DNA of 64,000 nucleotides from Paludibacter propionicigenes (GTDB lineage: Bacteria; Bacteroidota; Bacteroidia; Bacteroidales; JAIFNL01): positions 7,037 to 71,036 of the forward strand of contig DYNA01000002.1 in the NCBI GenBank assembly GCA_020721325.1, written 5' to 3'. The first letter of the stretch is position 1. Every line of letters starts with the position of its first letter. A program made the translations under genes and the position numbers. Shown in pieces: positions 1 to 7,238 of this stretch. The notes beneath the pieces were generated by a model, which worked only from the letters and a program-made list of their open reading frames with translations, ran no database searches and had not been told where the DNA came from.

Positions 1-1088
1 AAGATATAATTTTCGGTCAATTGCGCGTTGTTATTGCCACCATGAACATTGAAGAAATTAACAACGACCGCGAAAAATTCCTCCTTCACATATCTGAAGG
101 TGTTGAGCATGAGGTACAAAAGATTGGTTTGAAACTTATAAACGTAAACGTAACCGACATAACCGATGCCAGCGGTTATATCGATGCTTTAGGTAAAGAA
201 GCTGCATCTCAAGCCATTAACGAAGCTAAAAAAGTGGTTGCCGAGAAAAATAGAGACGGTTCGATTGGGGAAGCTGAAGCGCAAAAAGACCAACGTATTC
301 GCGTTTCGGCTGCGTTTGCATCAGCCAAAATTGGGGAAGCTGAAGCCGAGAAAAACGAACGTGTGGCGGTTTCAAAAGCCAATTCTAATGCGGTAGAAGG
401 TGAAAACTTAGCCAAAATTACAATTGCCAACTCCGATGCCAGCCGTAGAGTTAGTGAAGCGGAAGCTCGAAAATTAGCGGTAACCGCTGAAAAAACAAAC
501 GACGCGCAAGCCCTTGAAGAATCATACAAAGCCGAAAAAATGGCGGAAGAAAGTCGTGCCGAAAAACTTAAAGCTACCCAATTTGCCGACATTATCGTTC
601 CGGTTGAAATTGAAAAGCAAAAAATTGAGATTTCTGCCGAAGCCAATGCCGAACAAATTCGTAGAATTGCCAAAGGTCAAGCCGATGCCACTTTCTTTAA
701 AATGGAAGCCGAAGCCAAAGGTATTTTTGAAATTTTGAGCAAGCAAGCTGCCGGTTTCACTCAAATAGTAAAAGCTGCAAACGACGACGCCGACAAAGCT
801 GCCATGTTGATGATTACCGACAAATTAGAAAACTTAGTGAAAACTCAAGTGGAAGCCATCAAAAACATTGAAATTGACAAAATTACCGTTTGGGAAAATG
901 GCGGCGGGGCTAACGGTGGCTCTTCAACTGCCAATTTTATGAAAAATATGATGAGTGCCGTGCCTCCATTGCAAGATTTATTTAACATGGCTGGAATGAA
1001 TTTGCCCGAATATTTAAAAGGCAAAGCCATTGAAAAACAAGATAAATCAAGCAATAAACAAATAGAAGAAGTAAAAATAGAAAAATAA
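1..1088 (+). CDS. Flotillin / SPFH (band-7) family protein, C-terminal part; the 5' end lies outside the window
   Basis: The ORF 21..1088 stays open back to nt 3 in the same frame (DIIFGQLRVV...), so the start is upstream of the window. The translation shows the end of an SPFH domain, then a long Ala/Glu/Lys-rich flotillin-type coiled coil (EAEAQKDQRIRVSAAFASAKIGEAEAEKNERV). A strong terminator follows. Confidence 0.85.
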   Translation, partial: DIIFGQLRVVIATMNIEEINNDREKFLLHISEGVEHEVQKIGLKLINVNVTDITDASGYIDALGKEAASQAINEAKKVVAEKNRDGSIGEAEAQKDQRIRVSAAFASAKIGEAEAEKNERVAVSKANSNAVEGENLAKITIANSDASRRVSEAEARKLAVTAEKTNDAQALEESYKAEKMAEESRAEKLKATQFADIIVPVEIEKQKIEISAEANAEQIRRIAKGQADATFFKMEAEAKGIFEILSKQAAGFTQIVKAANDDADKAAMLMITDKLENLVKTQVEAIKNIEIDKITVWENGGGANGGSSTANFMKNMMSAVPPLQDLFNMAGMNLPEYLKGKAIEKQDKSSNKQIEEVKIEK

Positions 1089-1111
1089 AATCTTTTTTTA
1101 GTTATTCTTTT

Positions 1112-1141
1112 AAACCCGATTTACAAAATCGGGTTTTTTTT
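1112..1141 (+). terminator. Rho-independent terminator of the flotillin gene
   Basis: Perfect 10-bp stem aaacccgatt / aatcgggttt (1112-1121 / 1127-1136) with a 5-nt loop, followed by a T-run. It starts 24 nt after the stop codon. Confidence 0.85.
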
Positions 1142-1290
1142 ATTTTCAAGCGTATTAAAAATGCGAAAATATTTTTTAATACCTAAAAAAATTATTAATT
1201 TTGGCACTTGAATAAAAAAATTGTAATTTCGATATCAAACTTTCGTTTATTAAACAAATAAATATCCGATTCGTTTGTTTTTTTAACTAA

Positions 1291-1410
1291 AAAATCCGCA
1301 AGCCATTGCATCAATCGGTTAATAAACAACTTGTTGATGATTAATTTATACGCATTTTTTAAACAATTGATACAATGACTTTTCAATTCGTTTTAAAAAA
1401 AATAGCGGAT
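1291..1410. repeat. Conserved intergenic element, copy A (second copy at 26768..26888)
   Basis: The blocks AAAATCCGCAA, ATCAAnnnGTTAATAAACAnCTTnTTGATGA, AAACAATTGA and GCGGAT occur in the same order in both copies. Block spacings are identical or near identical (19, 51, 44/45 nt). The spacers between blocks differ. The ends are complementary (ATCCGC...GCGGAT). Confidence 0.6.
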
Positions 1411-1468
1411 TTATACTTTATTCGGTTCTAATTTGAGCTTTTATTTTTATATAATTGCTTTGTAATTA

Positions 1469-1502
1469 GAACTTTGCCAAAGTTTTGAACTTTGGCAAAG
1501 TT
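1469..1502. promoter_or_regulatory. Tandem 15-bp palindromes / perfect 15-bp hairpin upstream of the csp gene (operator or 5'-UTR structure)
   Basis: aactttgccaaagtt (1470-1484), ttg, aactttggcaaagtt (1488-1502). The second arm is the exact reverse complement of the first. Each arm is itself a 7-1-7 palindrome. Confidence 0.5.
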
Positions 1503-1686
1503 ACCGTTTGCAGTATAAATAAATTGTTGAAATAAATTTTAACCTCACTAAAAATAATCCGAAAAATATTTTTTTTGATAAATAAAATAAATTATGCCGT
1601 TTTCTTTTTTTAATAAAAAAATCTTTTTTATATTTGTTGCATTCAATTTTTCTATTTTTTCAGAAACCAACGACTCAACTAATAAC

Positions 1687-1896
1687 ATGCAAGAATCAAC
1701 AAAAATCTATTTCGGTGTTGTAAAATTTTACAACGAAGACAAAGGCTACGGCTATATTATTGACAACGACACAAAAGACGAATTATTTGTGTATGAGGAA
1801 GGTATAATAGACGAAATTTACGACAACGACAACGTGAAATACAATATTCGCGATACAAGAAAAGGACTCGAAGCCTACAATGTTCGCTTACGCTAA
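1687..1896 (+). CDS. Cold-shock domain (CspA-family) protein
   Basis: From the internal ATG at 1687 the product is 69 aa, a typical Csp length. It carries an RNP1-like KGYGYI motif (VVKFYNEDKGYGYII). The 31-aa extension from 1594 is Phe/Ile/Asn-rich AT-rich readthrough and was not used. Confidence 0.75.
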   Translation: MQESTKIYFGVVKFYNEDKGYGYIIDNDTKDELFVYEEGIIDEIYDNDNVKYNIRDTRKGLEAYNVRLR

Positions 1897-1905
1897 AAAA
1901 AAAAA

Positions 1906-1932
1906 ACTGCTAAAAAGTAGCAGTTTTTTTTT
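1906..1932. terminator. Bidirectional terminator between convergent csp and lysozyme genes
   Basis: Stem actgcta / tagcagt with loop aaaag, flanked by an A-run on the left and a T-run on the right. Confidence 0.75.
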
Positions 1933-1950
1933 ATGCAAAATACTTAAAAT

Positions 1951-2532
1951 TTAATCCAAATGATACAATTTTAATTCCCACAAACGCGTTTGATAAGAAA
2001 GCTCACTACGCATCAAACGCCCTTTTCGATTGCGAAAATGCGCCCAGCGCAAAATTTCGGCATCAATCGATTCGCCGGAAATGATTTTTTTCAACAATTT
2101 GCTCCTGCTAAAAGTTCCAACACCTTTAGAATAAACAAAATGAGCAATTGCCAATTTTTGATTGCCTTCCAAATCGGTCAAACGCTCAATGGCTCTAACG
2201 GCTTTATTAAAATCGCTTCGTAACAAGCTATCAGCCTGATACATAGAAATAGAATCGGGAAATACTTCATCGCGCAAAACAACATGTCCGTAGCCAATAG
2301 TAGCGTGTCCACTCAAATCAATATACGATGCTCCCTTGTGATAACCTTCACGTTTTTTGATAAATTGGAGTGTGGATTCATAGTTTTTTTTCCACTGGTG
2401 TTTTTTATTGTTCTCAAAACGTAGTTTAGAATACTCTTTGGCATGTTTCTCATCAATATCTATCGACGAAAGCTCCGTTGGCTGAAAAAGGAAACTAAAG
2501 CCGGTCAATAGAAAAATAGAAATTCGTTTCAT
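1951..2532 (-). CDS. Secreted GH24 (T4-type) lysozyme
   Basis: N-terminal signal-like peptide MKRISIFLLTGFSFLF. The T4-lysozyme catalytic pattern E-x9-D-x6-T-I-G-x-G-H is present (EGYHKGASYIDLSGHATIGYGH). Confidence 0.8.
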   Translation of the reverse strand: MKRISIFLLTGFSFLFQPTELSSIDIDEKHAKEYSKLRFENNKKHQWKKNYESTLQFIKKREGYHKGASYIDLSGHATIGYGHVVLRDEVFPDSISMYQADSLLRSDFNKAVRAIERLTDLEGNQKLAIAHFVYSKGVGTFSRSKLLKKIISGESIDAEILRWAHFRNRKGRLMRSELSYQTRLWELKLYHLD

Positions 2533-3037
2533 TCAATTAATTTTAGTTAAACTTTGATGGAAATTTATTCTTTCCACCTTTTATTGCCCCTTTCGGGTAA
2601 AAGTAGTATTTCTAATGATGTTAAAATGTTGATTTTCAAAAAGTTTTAAAGGAAATAGATACTTGCTTAATTTCAAAAAACATCTGAATATCAACACATT
2701 AAAAATACTCTCGGTGCAAATGTATAACAATATTCGAGTGCAAAAAATTTAAAACTGTTAAAAAACATTTTTTTAGTTTTAAAAAATTGTAAATAATAAA
2801 ACTAAAGTCTTAATTTTTCAAAAAAATATTTCATAAACAATTGATTTTTATTTATTTACATAAAAAAAACTTTGTTTTAATGCTTTAAAAAAATGAGAAT
2901 AAAATATCATTTTAAATGTTAAAAATTTATTTCTACACTTTTTTTACGTTTTATAAAAAAAATAGTTAGGAATTTTAATAATTGAAAACCAATTGATTAG
3001 CAGCTTAAGCCAAAAATAGTTAGGTAAAATATCAAAT

Positions 3038-4057
3038 TTAAAAATTCAAGTCTGAAAATTGTTTTTTCCTCAAAATCAGTGAATTGAACACAATACTTTG
3101 TTTAAATATTTCATTTACATTAGAAATTTTTTTCAGTTTTTTAGCCGTTTTTCGCTTTTTTATTAAATTAGGTAAAGCTTTGTAAAAATGCAAATGCGAT
3201 TTAAAAACCACCCAAAACAATTTGTATTTTCCGTTCATTAGAAAAATCAGAGCAGAAATTCCGTCTAAAGTCATGCGAAAAAATAATATTGGAAAAAGTT
3301 TTGTTAATGGCAAATTTTTAAACAACATGTACAAATTATTTCTAAAATTCAAGTACAATTTAAACGGACTCTCCGCGCTCAAAGTGCCGCCACCTACATG
3401 ATATACAACCGATTGTGGAAAAACACGAATGGAATATCCGGCATTTTTTATTCGCCAACAAAGGTCAATTTCTTCCATGTGAGCAAAAAAATCGCCATCA
3501 AAACCACCCATTTCCCTAAAAACTTCTGCGCGAACTACAAAACATGCACCGGTTGCCCAAAAAATTTCAATTTCACTATCGTATTGATTTTCATCTACTT
3601 CCAAATTTTCCAAAATCCGACCGCGACAAAACGGATAGCCCAAATAATCGATAAATCCGCCACAAGCTCCAGCATGTTCAAATTTCAATTTTTCGTGGAA
3701 AGAACGAATTTTGGGCATCGCGGCAGCTAAATTTGAGTCCGTTTCCATTTTTGAAATTATCGGTTTTAGCCAATTTTCCGTCAATTCTACATCAGAATTT
3801 AACAACACAAAATATTTATAATCTAAATTCTGCAACGCACGATTGTAACCTTCTGCAAAACCAAAGTTTTTTTCTAAAAAAATTAATTGAATTGAAGGAT
3901 AATTTTTTTTCAAAAAATCTATTGAGTTATCACTCGAAGCGTTATCGGCTACAATTACGTCATAATGCTCTGTTTTTGAGTATTTTACAACAAAGGGTAA
4001 AAAAATTTCTAAAAATTTTTCTCCATTCCAATTCAAAATTACAACGGCTGTTTGCAT
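3038..4057 (-). CDS. Family 2 glycosyltransferase
   Basis: N-terminus VVILNWNGEKFL...DVIVADNASSDNS, with later DxD-type region LLNSDVE. This is the typical GT2 (rhamnosyltransferase-like) layout. Confidence 0.8.
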   Translation of the reverse strand: MQTAVVILNWNGEKFLEIFLPFVVKYSKTEHYDVIVADNASSDNSIDFLKKNYPSIQLIFLEKNFGFAEGYNRALQNLDYKYFVLLNSDVELTENWLKPIISKMETDSNLAAAMPKIRSFHEKLKFEHAGACGGFIDYLGYPFCRGRILENLEVDENQYDSEIEIFWATGACFVVRAEVFREMGGFDGDFFAHMEEIDLCWRIKNAGYSIRVFPQSVVYHVGGGTLSAESPFKLYLNFRNNLYMLFKNLPLTKLFPILFFRMTLDGISALIFLMNGKYKLFWVVFKSHLHFYKALPNLIKKRKTAKKLKKISNVNEIFKQSIVFNSLILRKKQFSDLNF

Positions 4058-4073
4058 TCTTATTATTTTTATT

Positions 4074-4113
4074 AAAAAAAGTAAACCTGCAAAAAAAAGT
4101 CTTTTGCAGGTTT
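4074..4113 (-). terminator. Rho-independent terminator of rny
   Basis: 12-bp stem aaacctgcaaaa / ttttgcaggttt (4083-4094 / 4102-4113). On the minus strand a T-run follows (plus-strand A-run 4074-4080). Confidence 0.8.
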
Positions 4114-4141
4114 AAAAATGAATATTTTTTTTCAAAAAAAG

Positions 4142-5704
4142 CTATTTTGCATAACTGATTGCACGGGTTTCGCGGATAACGGTAATTTTTACTTGTCCGG
4201 GATAAGTCATGTCGGTTTGAATTTTTTTAGCTATATCAAAAGCCAATGCTTCGGCGTCTTTATCGCTAACTGTTTCACTACCAACAATAACGCGCAATTC
4301 TCTACCGGCTTGAATGGCATAAGTTTTTAAAACTCCTTCATACGAAAGTGCCAATTCTTCAAGGTCTTTCAAGCGTTTCATGTACGATTCGGCTATCTCG
4401 CGCCGCGCTCCCGGACGTGCGCCCGAAATGGCATCGCAAACCTGAATAATCGGCGAAATCATTGAAGTCATTTCTATTTCGTCGTGGTGCGCACCAATGG
4501 CGTTGCACACATCGGGTTTTTCTTTGTAACGCTCAGCCAATTTCATTCCCAAAATAGCGTGTGGCAATTCGGGTTGGTCGTCGGGAACTTTTCCAATGTC
4601 GTGAAGTAAACCGGCGCGTTTGGCAAGTTTTACATTCAATCCCAATTCGGCTGCCATTACCGAACACAAATTTGCCACTTCGCGCGAGTGTTGCAACAAA
4701 TTTTGACCATAAGAAGAGCGGTATTTCATCTTTCCAATCAAACGAATTAACTCAGGATGAAGACCATGAATGCCCAAATCAATGGCTGTACGTTTTCCGG
4801 TTTCAATAATTTCTTCTTCGAGTTGTTTTTTGGTTTTATTCACCACTTCTTCAATTCGTGCAGGGTGAATGCGACCGTCAGTTACCAATTGATGAATTGC
4901 CAAGCGAGCTACTTCGCGGCGAACGGGGTCAAAGCCCGATAAAACAATGGCTTCGGGCGTATCATCAACTATAATTTCGATGCCGGTTGCTGCCTCAATA
5001 GCGCGAATATTTCTACCTTCGCGACCAATAATTCGTCCTTTCACTTCGTCGCTTTCTATGTGGAAAACCGTAACGGCATTTTCGATGGCGGCTTCCGTTG
5101 CAATGCGCTGAATAGCCTGAAGGACAACACGTTTCGCTTCTTTATTGGCTGTCAATTTAGCTTCTTCCACTATATCGGAAATGTACGACATGGCATTGGT
5201 TTTGGCTTCATCTTTCATCGATTCAATGAGTTGTTGCTTAGCTTCTTCTGCCGAAAGTGCAGCTATTTTTTCGAGCTGCTCAACTTGCTTTTTGTGCGAT
5301 TTATCTAATTCCGCATTTTTCTTTTCAATCAATTCAAGCTGGCTGCCTATATTTTCGCGAATAATATCAATATCTCTTTTTTTAATTTCTACCTCTTTTA
5401 TTCTTTTTTGCAATTCATCTCTACGCTGATTAAAAGCCGTTTCGCGTTGTTTCAATTTATTGTCGGCTAATTGCAATTTATTGTTTTTATCGGCAATAAA
5501 CTTTTCATGCTCTGTTTTTAATTGTAAAAATTTTTCCTTAGCTTTTAAAATTTTATCATTTTTTATGGCTTCTGCCTTTAATTCTGCTTCGCTAATAATA
5601 TTTTGAGCTTTTTCTTTTAACAGCTTTATTTTCAAGTAGTAACCTAAAAAACCTCCTCCTAAAAGAGCCAAAATTCCAATGGTTATATTAATAATAATTT
5701 CCAT
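4142..5704 (-). CDS. rny: Ribonuclease Y
   Basis: 520 aa. It has an N-terminal membrane helix, a long coiled coil, a KH region ([15 protein letters not shown]) and an HD domain (LLHDIGK...GAHH). Confidence 0.95.
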   Translation of the reverse strand: MEIIINITIGILALLGGGFLGYYLKIKLLKEKAQNIISEAELKAEAIKNDKILKAKEKFLQLKTEHEKFIADKNNKLQLADNKLKQRETAFNQRRDELQKRIKEVEIKKRDIDIIRENIGSQLELIEKKNAELDKSHKKQVEQLEKIAALSAEEAKQQLIESMKDEAKTNAMSYISDIVEEAKLTANKEAKRVVLQAIQRIATEAAIENAVTVFHIESDEVKGRIIGREGRNIRAIEAATGIEIIVDDTPEAIVLSGFDPVRREVARLAIHQLVTDGRIHPARIEEVVNKTKKQLEEEIIETGKRTAIDLGIHGLHPELIRLIGKMKYRSSYGQNLLQHSREVANLCSVMAAELGLNVKLAKRAGLLHDIGKVPDDQPELPHAILGMKLAERYKEKPDVCNAIGAHHDEIEMTSMISPIIQVCDAISGARPGARREIAESYMKRLKDLEELALSYEGVLKTYAIQAGRELRVIVGSETVSDKDAEALAFDIAKKIQTDMTYPGQVKITVIRETRAISYAK

Positions 5705-5902
5705 ATAATTTGGTTTGTTTAACTTTATTAAAATTTATTAATTATTAATTATTAAGATGTTGATTTCAAACATCAAAAGATGCTGAAAACGGCAAATAAT
5801 TCTAAAAAAATTAGAATAAAATGATTTTTTTAAAGAAAAGTAAAATTACGAAAGACGAATTTTTTAGATGTACAAAGTAAATATTTAATACAAATCAAAA
5901 AT

Positions 5903-6090
5903 GCCCGCAGTTCTGAAAGGTTTTGAAAAACCCCGAATAAGCATTTTTAGAGCCGCCATCATACTTCAAACGTCCAATGTCCTCATTAAGAGAAATCCCC
6001 GAAGGGTTAAGGCCTGTTCTACGCATTCCGAGCTATTCCCTAAATTATTAAGTGTTGAGTTTCCAAACATGAATTTAAGAAGCTGCGGGC
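5903..6090 (-). ncRNA. ssrS: Structured ncRNA, 6S RNA candidate
   Basis: 188-nt GC-richer island in AT-rich spacer. It is closed by an 8-bp stem gcccgcag (5903-5910) / ctgcgggc (6083-6090) that extends imperfectly inward. On the minus strand there is a canonical C(UUCG)G tetraloop hairpin (cccttcgggg). It lies directly downstream of zapA on the same strand, as ssrS does in E. coli. The overlapping ORF 5901..6266 has no protein-like features. Confidence 0.55.
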
Positions 6091-6159
6091 AAAACTTTTT
6101 ATTAGTTAAAAAAGTATTTTTTCAAAAAAAATATTTTTTAATCAATAATGCTTTTTATT

Positions 6160-6459
6160 TTAAAGAACGATTTCTAAATATTCACCCAATTCTCTATCCA
6201 GATTTTCAAGATTACCCAAAAGCAATGAGGTATCTGCACTCATCTCTTTTTCAACCACTTTGGTAGCAAATTGCAAAGCTACCATAGCCAAAAAATCTTG
6301 GTCATCTTTATCTGTATATTTTTTTTTATACAAAATTATTTTGTCATTAATTTCTTTTGCTGCTTTTCTTATTTTCTCTTCATCGGTTTTATCTACTTTT
6401 AGCGGATAAAAGCGTTCAGCTATATTTACTTTTATTGATAATTTGTCTGAAGGCTCCAT
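6160..6459 (-). CDS. zapA: Cell division protein ZapA
   Basis: 99 aa. The opening LSIKVNIAERFYPLKVDKTDEEKIRKAAKEIN and the later FLAMVALQFA match the ZapA family pattern. Confidence 0.8.
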   Translation of the reverse strand: MEPSDKLSIKVNIAERFYPLKVDKTDEEKIRKAAKEINDKIILYKKKYTDKDDQDFLAMVALQFATKVVEKEMSADTSLLLGNLENLDRELGEYLEIVL

Positions 6460-6542
6460 ATACTTTTTTATCTATCTCTTGCTTTTTTTTATATCAAAAT
6501 AAAACTAATATGTAGAGTAAAATTAAAAACCACAGTCAACGA

Positions 6543-6836
6543 TTACTTACTTGCCAATGCTATACATTTATCAATTTCCCGCACCATTCTATTGATTTTT
6601 ATCTTTGCATCGTGCGCTCCTCCTTCGCCGCCGGCAAAAGATTTTGCTAATTTCAGTAATTCGTATTTTTTCAAAAGCTCTTTATATTCTTCTTCGCGTT
6701 CTATCAATTTTGTCAATAAATCTTCTTTTTCGCTAATGAGTTTATTATTAACGTCTTTCTCATTTTCGTACATCGAGATAATTTTTTTAATTTTCTCTCT
6801 TAGCGATTCAAATATTTTTTGCTGTTCTTGATTCAT
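6543..6836 (-). CDS. Small coiled-coil protein upstream of zapA (ZapB-like position), function unknown
   Basis: 97 aa, Glu/Lys/Leu heptad-rich. It lies 83 nt upstream of zapA on the same strand. Confidence 0.6.
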   Translation of the reverse strand: MNQEQQKIFESLREKIKKIISMYENEKDVNNKLISEKEDLLTKLIEREEEYKELLKKYELLKLAKSFAGGEGGAHDAKIKINRMVREIDKCIALASK

Positions 6837-7238
6837 TTTTTTAGCATCGAATACTCTAATTTTTTTTCAAAATTGATTTTTTTTACTTTTACTTCAATAA
6901 CAAAAATAAACTATTTTTTTTAATTTTAAAATTTTTTTTCAAAAAAACTGAAAAAAAATTCTTATTTATCAGATTTACAAGTTCATAACACTTCCTTTTT
7001 TTTATAAAAAATATAAAATAATCTTGTTGAATCTGTTTTTCTATCCTTGAAAAATGATTTTTTTCCATTTTTTTTTATAAAAAAATAATAAAATTTTGTT
7101 CTTTTGACCTTTCGTTTTTACTTTTATAAATCTTTTTTTGTCAAAAAAAAAATCAAACACAATTTTAAGGAAAATTTTCTTTTAAATCCTTTACTTAAAA
7201 CAAATTATATAAAATTCTTTTTAATAAAAAAAATAAAA

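Noticed and set aside
209-1054. Four track ORFs (209..673 -, 514..738 +, 522..764 -, 845..1054 -) inside the flotillin gene
   Set aside because: They lie antisense or out of frame within a well-supported CDS. Their translations are low-complexity (Ala/Ser/Phe-rich or Lys/Pro-rich), typical of shadow ORFs of an Ala/Glu/Lys-rich coiled-coil gene.
1291-1344. Plus-strand reading of the conserved element gives KIRK...Q.VNKQL(V/I)DD in both copies, with two synonymous-looking differences (caa/cag, gat/gac)
   Set aside because: In both copies a stop codon lies immediately upstream (taa at 1288-1290 and 26750-26752). No ATG follows it. Copy A would encode at most ~12 aa from a TTG. Four substitutions are too few to infer coding selection.
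1195-1386. Track ORFs 1195..1386 (-) and 26780..26995 (-) share a peptide-like stretch (INKLFINRL / INKLFINKL), suggesting a small protein family
   Set aside because: The similarity is confined to the conserved DNA blocks of the intergenic element. The two ORFs have different starts and ends, and one overlaps the ybaB start. There is no shared start codon. I treat them as a nucleotide-level element, not as CDS.
1594-1686. N-terminal extensions of the csp ORF (1594..1686) and the M23 peptidase ORF (7104..7238)
   Set aside because: The extensions are Phe/Ile/Lys/Asn-rich translations of AT-rich spacer. Internal ATGs give a canonical 69-aa Csp and a proper signal peptide, respectively.
1951-2532. 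Lysozyme as evidence of a prophage
   Set aside because: There are no integrase, holin, capsid, tail or att-like repeats in the flanks. The neighbours are housekeeping genes.
5901-6266. 121-aa plus-strand ORF
   Set aside because: It spans the structured RNA candidate and runs antisense into zapA. The translation has no protein-like features, and the region is better explained as an ncRNA.
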